This document shows, one piece after another, positions 62,468-64,000 of a stretch of DNA of 64,000 bases (within the stretch, counting starts at the first letter, position 1; each line of letters begins with the position of its first letter). Source of the stretch: Torpedo marmorata (Eukaryota); assembly GCA_977017645.1 (NCBI GenBank), contig OZ360238.1, positions 59,830,001-59,894,000 on the forward strand, given 5' to 3'. The position numbers and the translations under genes were made by a program. Under the pieces are notes generated by a model, which did not search any database, was not told the origin of the DNA, and worked only from the letters and a program-made list of their open reading frames with translations.

Positions 62468-63403
62468 TGTTACAAAATTCAAACCAGCAACGACAGAAGA
62501 CGCAATGCAAAAGGGGTAAAATTTAAATTTATATTTATTAAAGACAATTAAACATATAATTTCACAACAATTAACCCCACTATAAACGTCTATAAACACT
62601 ATTCTTATCTAAAAGGTGTGTGTGTGTAAAGCCCAGACCATTAGAGTCTGTGCCCAACCCTCATGTAAAAATGGAAAAACTTTCCCCAAAAACCCCAGGT
62701 CAGTCATAAAAACAAGTCAGTCCCAAAAATACAGTCCACAAAAATTCACTCTCTATGTTCAGGGTCCAAATTCAGCTCTGTGTGCTGGCAAGAACGACTT
62801 CTTAATGAACGTTGGAGAGAGACAATGACTGTTTATGCTTACGAATACTTGGCTTGCTTTTCTTCTCTGATGACTTTCCCTTCTGGTGTTTTCACAAGGA
62901 TTGCGAATTCAGATCCGTTTTGGATTAAGGCGTGTACTTGGATTTCACAGCCGGTTCTTCACAAAAGCTGCTCCCAACTCAGGATTCTACCGAATCATCA
63001 GGCCTTGTTTTTCTCCCAGCCGTTTCCCCTGGGATGCACAAGACTGGACTTTTCTGATTCAAGAGACTCTGTGCTATTCTCCCAACTTCTTCTCTGGGAT
63101 GCACAAGCCTGGATACTGCTGAGTTCTCCTGCCTTTGCAACTCCAAAACTGCCACTGATTTAGTTCTCCACGAATGAACTTGAGGCCTTCATACAGAGAA
63201 AGTTTTCTCTGTCTTTCTTCTTCCAAAGTTCCACACCCAAGTATATTTCCACAGCTTGTCTCCCCCTGATGTCTCTCTCTGGTAAATACAAGAAGTCCTG
63301 GGTAAGTTAACACTTTCAGTACCAGGTCCCTGTGTACTCCAAAAAAACTTCATCCTTCCTGCTGACCGTCCGCAGTCCAAACTGTCAGTCATGGTCCATA
63401 ACA
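62468..63403 (-). mobile_element. Solo LTR, 936 bp
   Basis: TGTTA...TAACA termini, 4-bp TSD GCTG, AATAAA on the minus strand near 62535. Confidence 0.9.
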
Positions 63404-63567
63404 GCTGAAAAGGGAGAAAGTCAGTGCTGATGCTTGACTTTGTCAAAGAAGGCTAACTATTATGAAGTATTTTTAGAAACATCAATGTTGCTCAGCCTGA
63501 TTCTCATGATGCAAGGCATACATATGGATTAGGACAAAGGGTGAGGATGTGCAAGTTAGAGGAAGCA

Positions 63568-63700
63568 AAAGTTAAAAGGTTAAAAGTTCCATTATTGTCA
63601 TGTAATACTACATTTAGAATGTAACATACATGAAATTCTTTAACTTTGTCTACCGTAAGGAAGACAGAGAATCGCTACTTTGTCCAGCGCCCCTCACAGA
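63568..63700 (-). mobile_element. Rex1/Babar-type 3' tail
   Basis: gaatttcatg...catgacaataatggaacttttaaccttttaact resembles the other Rex1-type tails in this window. Confidence 0.6.
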
Positions 63701-63704
63701 AATG

Positions 63705-63777
63705 AGGCCCCTGCGAGGAACAAACTCGCAACCCCTGGTTTACAAGACCAGTGCTCTAACCACTGAGCTATGGAAGA
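63705..63777 (-). pseudogene. tRNA-Thr(UGU) pseudogene or SINE head
   Basis: TCTTCCATAGCTCAGTGGTTAGAGCACTGGTCTTGTAAACCAGGGGTTGCGAGTTTGTTCCTCGCAGGGGCCT: intact D and anticodon arms (TGT), broken acceptor stem and T loop. Confidence 0.85.
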
Positions 63778-64000
63778 CAGGCTCTTGAACCTCCCCTTTT
63801 GCACCAACCTTTACACTACTTTAAGACCACCATAGATTTGTCTGCATCACTGGCCAACTGTGAATATTTATTATTTATTTATGTATTTCTCTTCCTTTAA
63901 TATTTATTATAATTAATACACAAGAAGAAAAATAATACATAAAATTGTTGCTTACGTGTTTTAAGCAACTGGAAGCCTCCAGCAAGTTAGACTTCCATTG

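Noticed and set aside
63705-63777. Functional tRNA-Thr gene
   Set aside because: Acceptor stem is mispaired and the T loop/B box is mutated (GTTTGTTCC).
58130-64000. FTO exon 5 equivalent (and exon 9 equivalent in 1-15023)
   Set aside because: No HQHCVLAG/RFSSTHRVAE or CRPYW-type coding segment was found; these exons are presumably outside the window.

Overview
This is a eukaryotic, AT-rich, repeat-rich vertebrate window. The repeat families (V-SINE/HE1-like, DeuSINE, CR1, Rex1/Babar, Penelope) point to a cartilaginous fish, probably a ray or skate. It lies inside the FTO gene on the minus strand: three coding exons equivalent to human exons 6, 7 and 8 (144, 120 and 125 bp, canonical AG/GT) are at 58129-57986, 40242-40123 and 15148-15024. 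The rest is intron, with two assembly gaps, many nested transposons and several TE-free blocks that are candidate IRX3/IRX5-type long-range enhancers. Almost all ORFs in the supplied track are spurious or TE-derived. The most notable observations are: (1) a ~973-bp Mutator-like element with long TIRs and a 9-bp TSD that has captured an uninterrupted GPR139-like GPCR fragment, lies sense to FTO and carries an in-frame cryptic acceptor and a poly(A) signal; (2) a family of short Penelope derivatives carrying minimal hammerhead ribozyme motifs, with 14-16 bp TSDs and fold-back forms, one copy sense in the FTO pre-mRNA; (3) a tRNA-Thr(UGU) head fused to a Rex1/Babar-type tail; (4) Tigger4/Zombi-like elements resembling the mammalian family; (5) an apparent LINE 3' transduction within the locus. 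Family names come from recalled motifs, not database searches.
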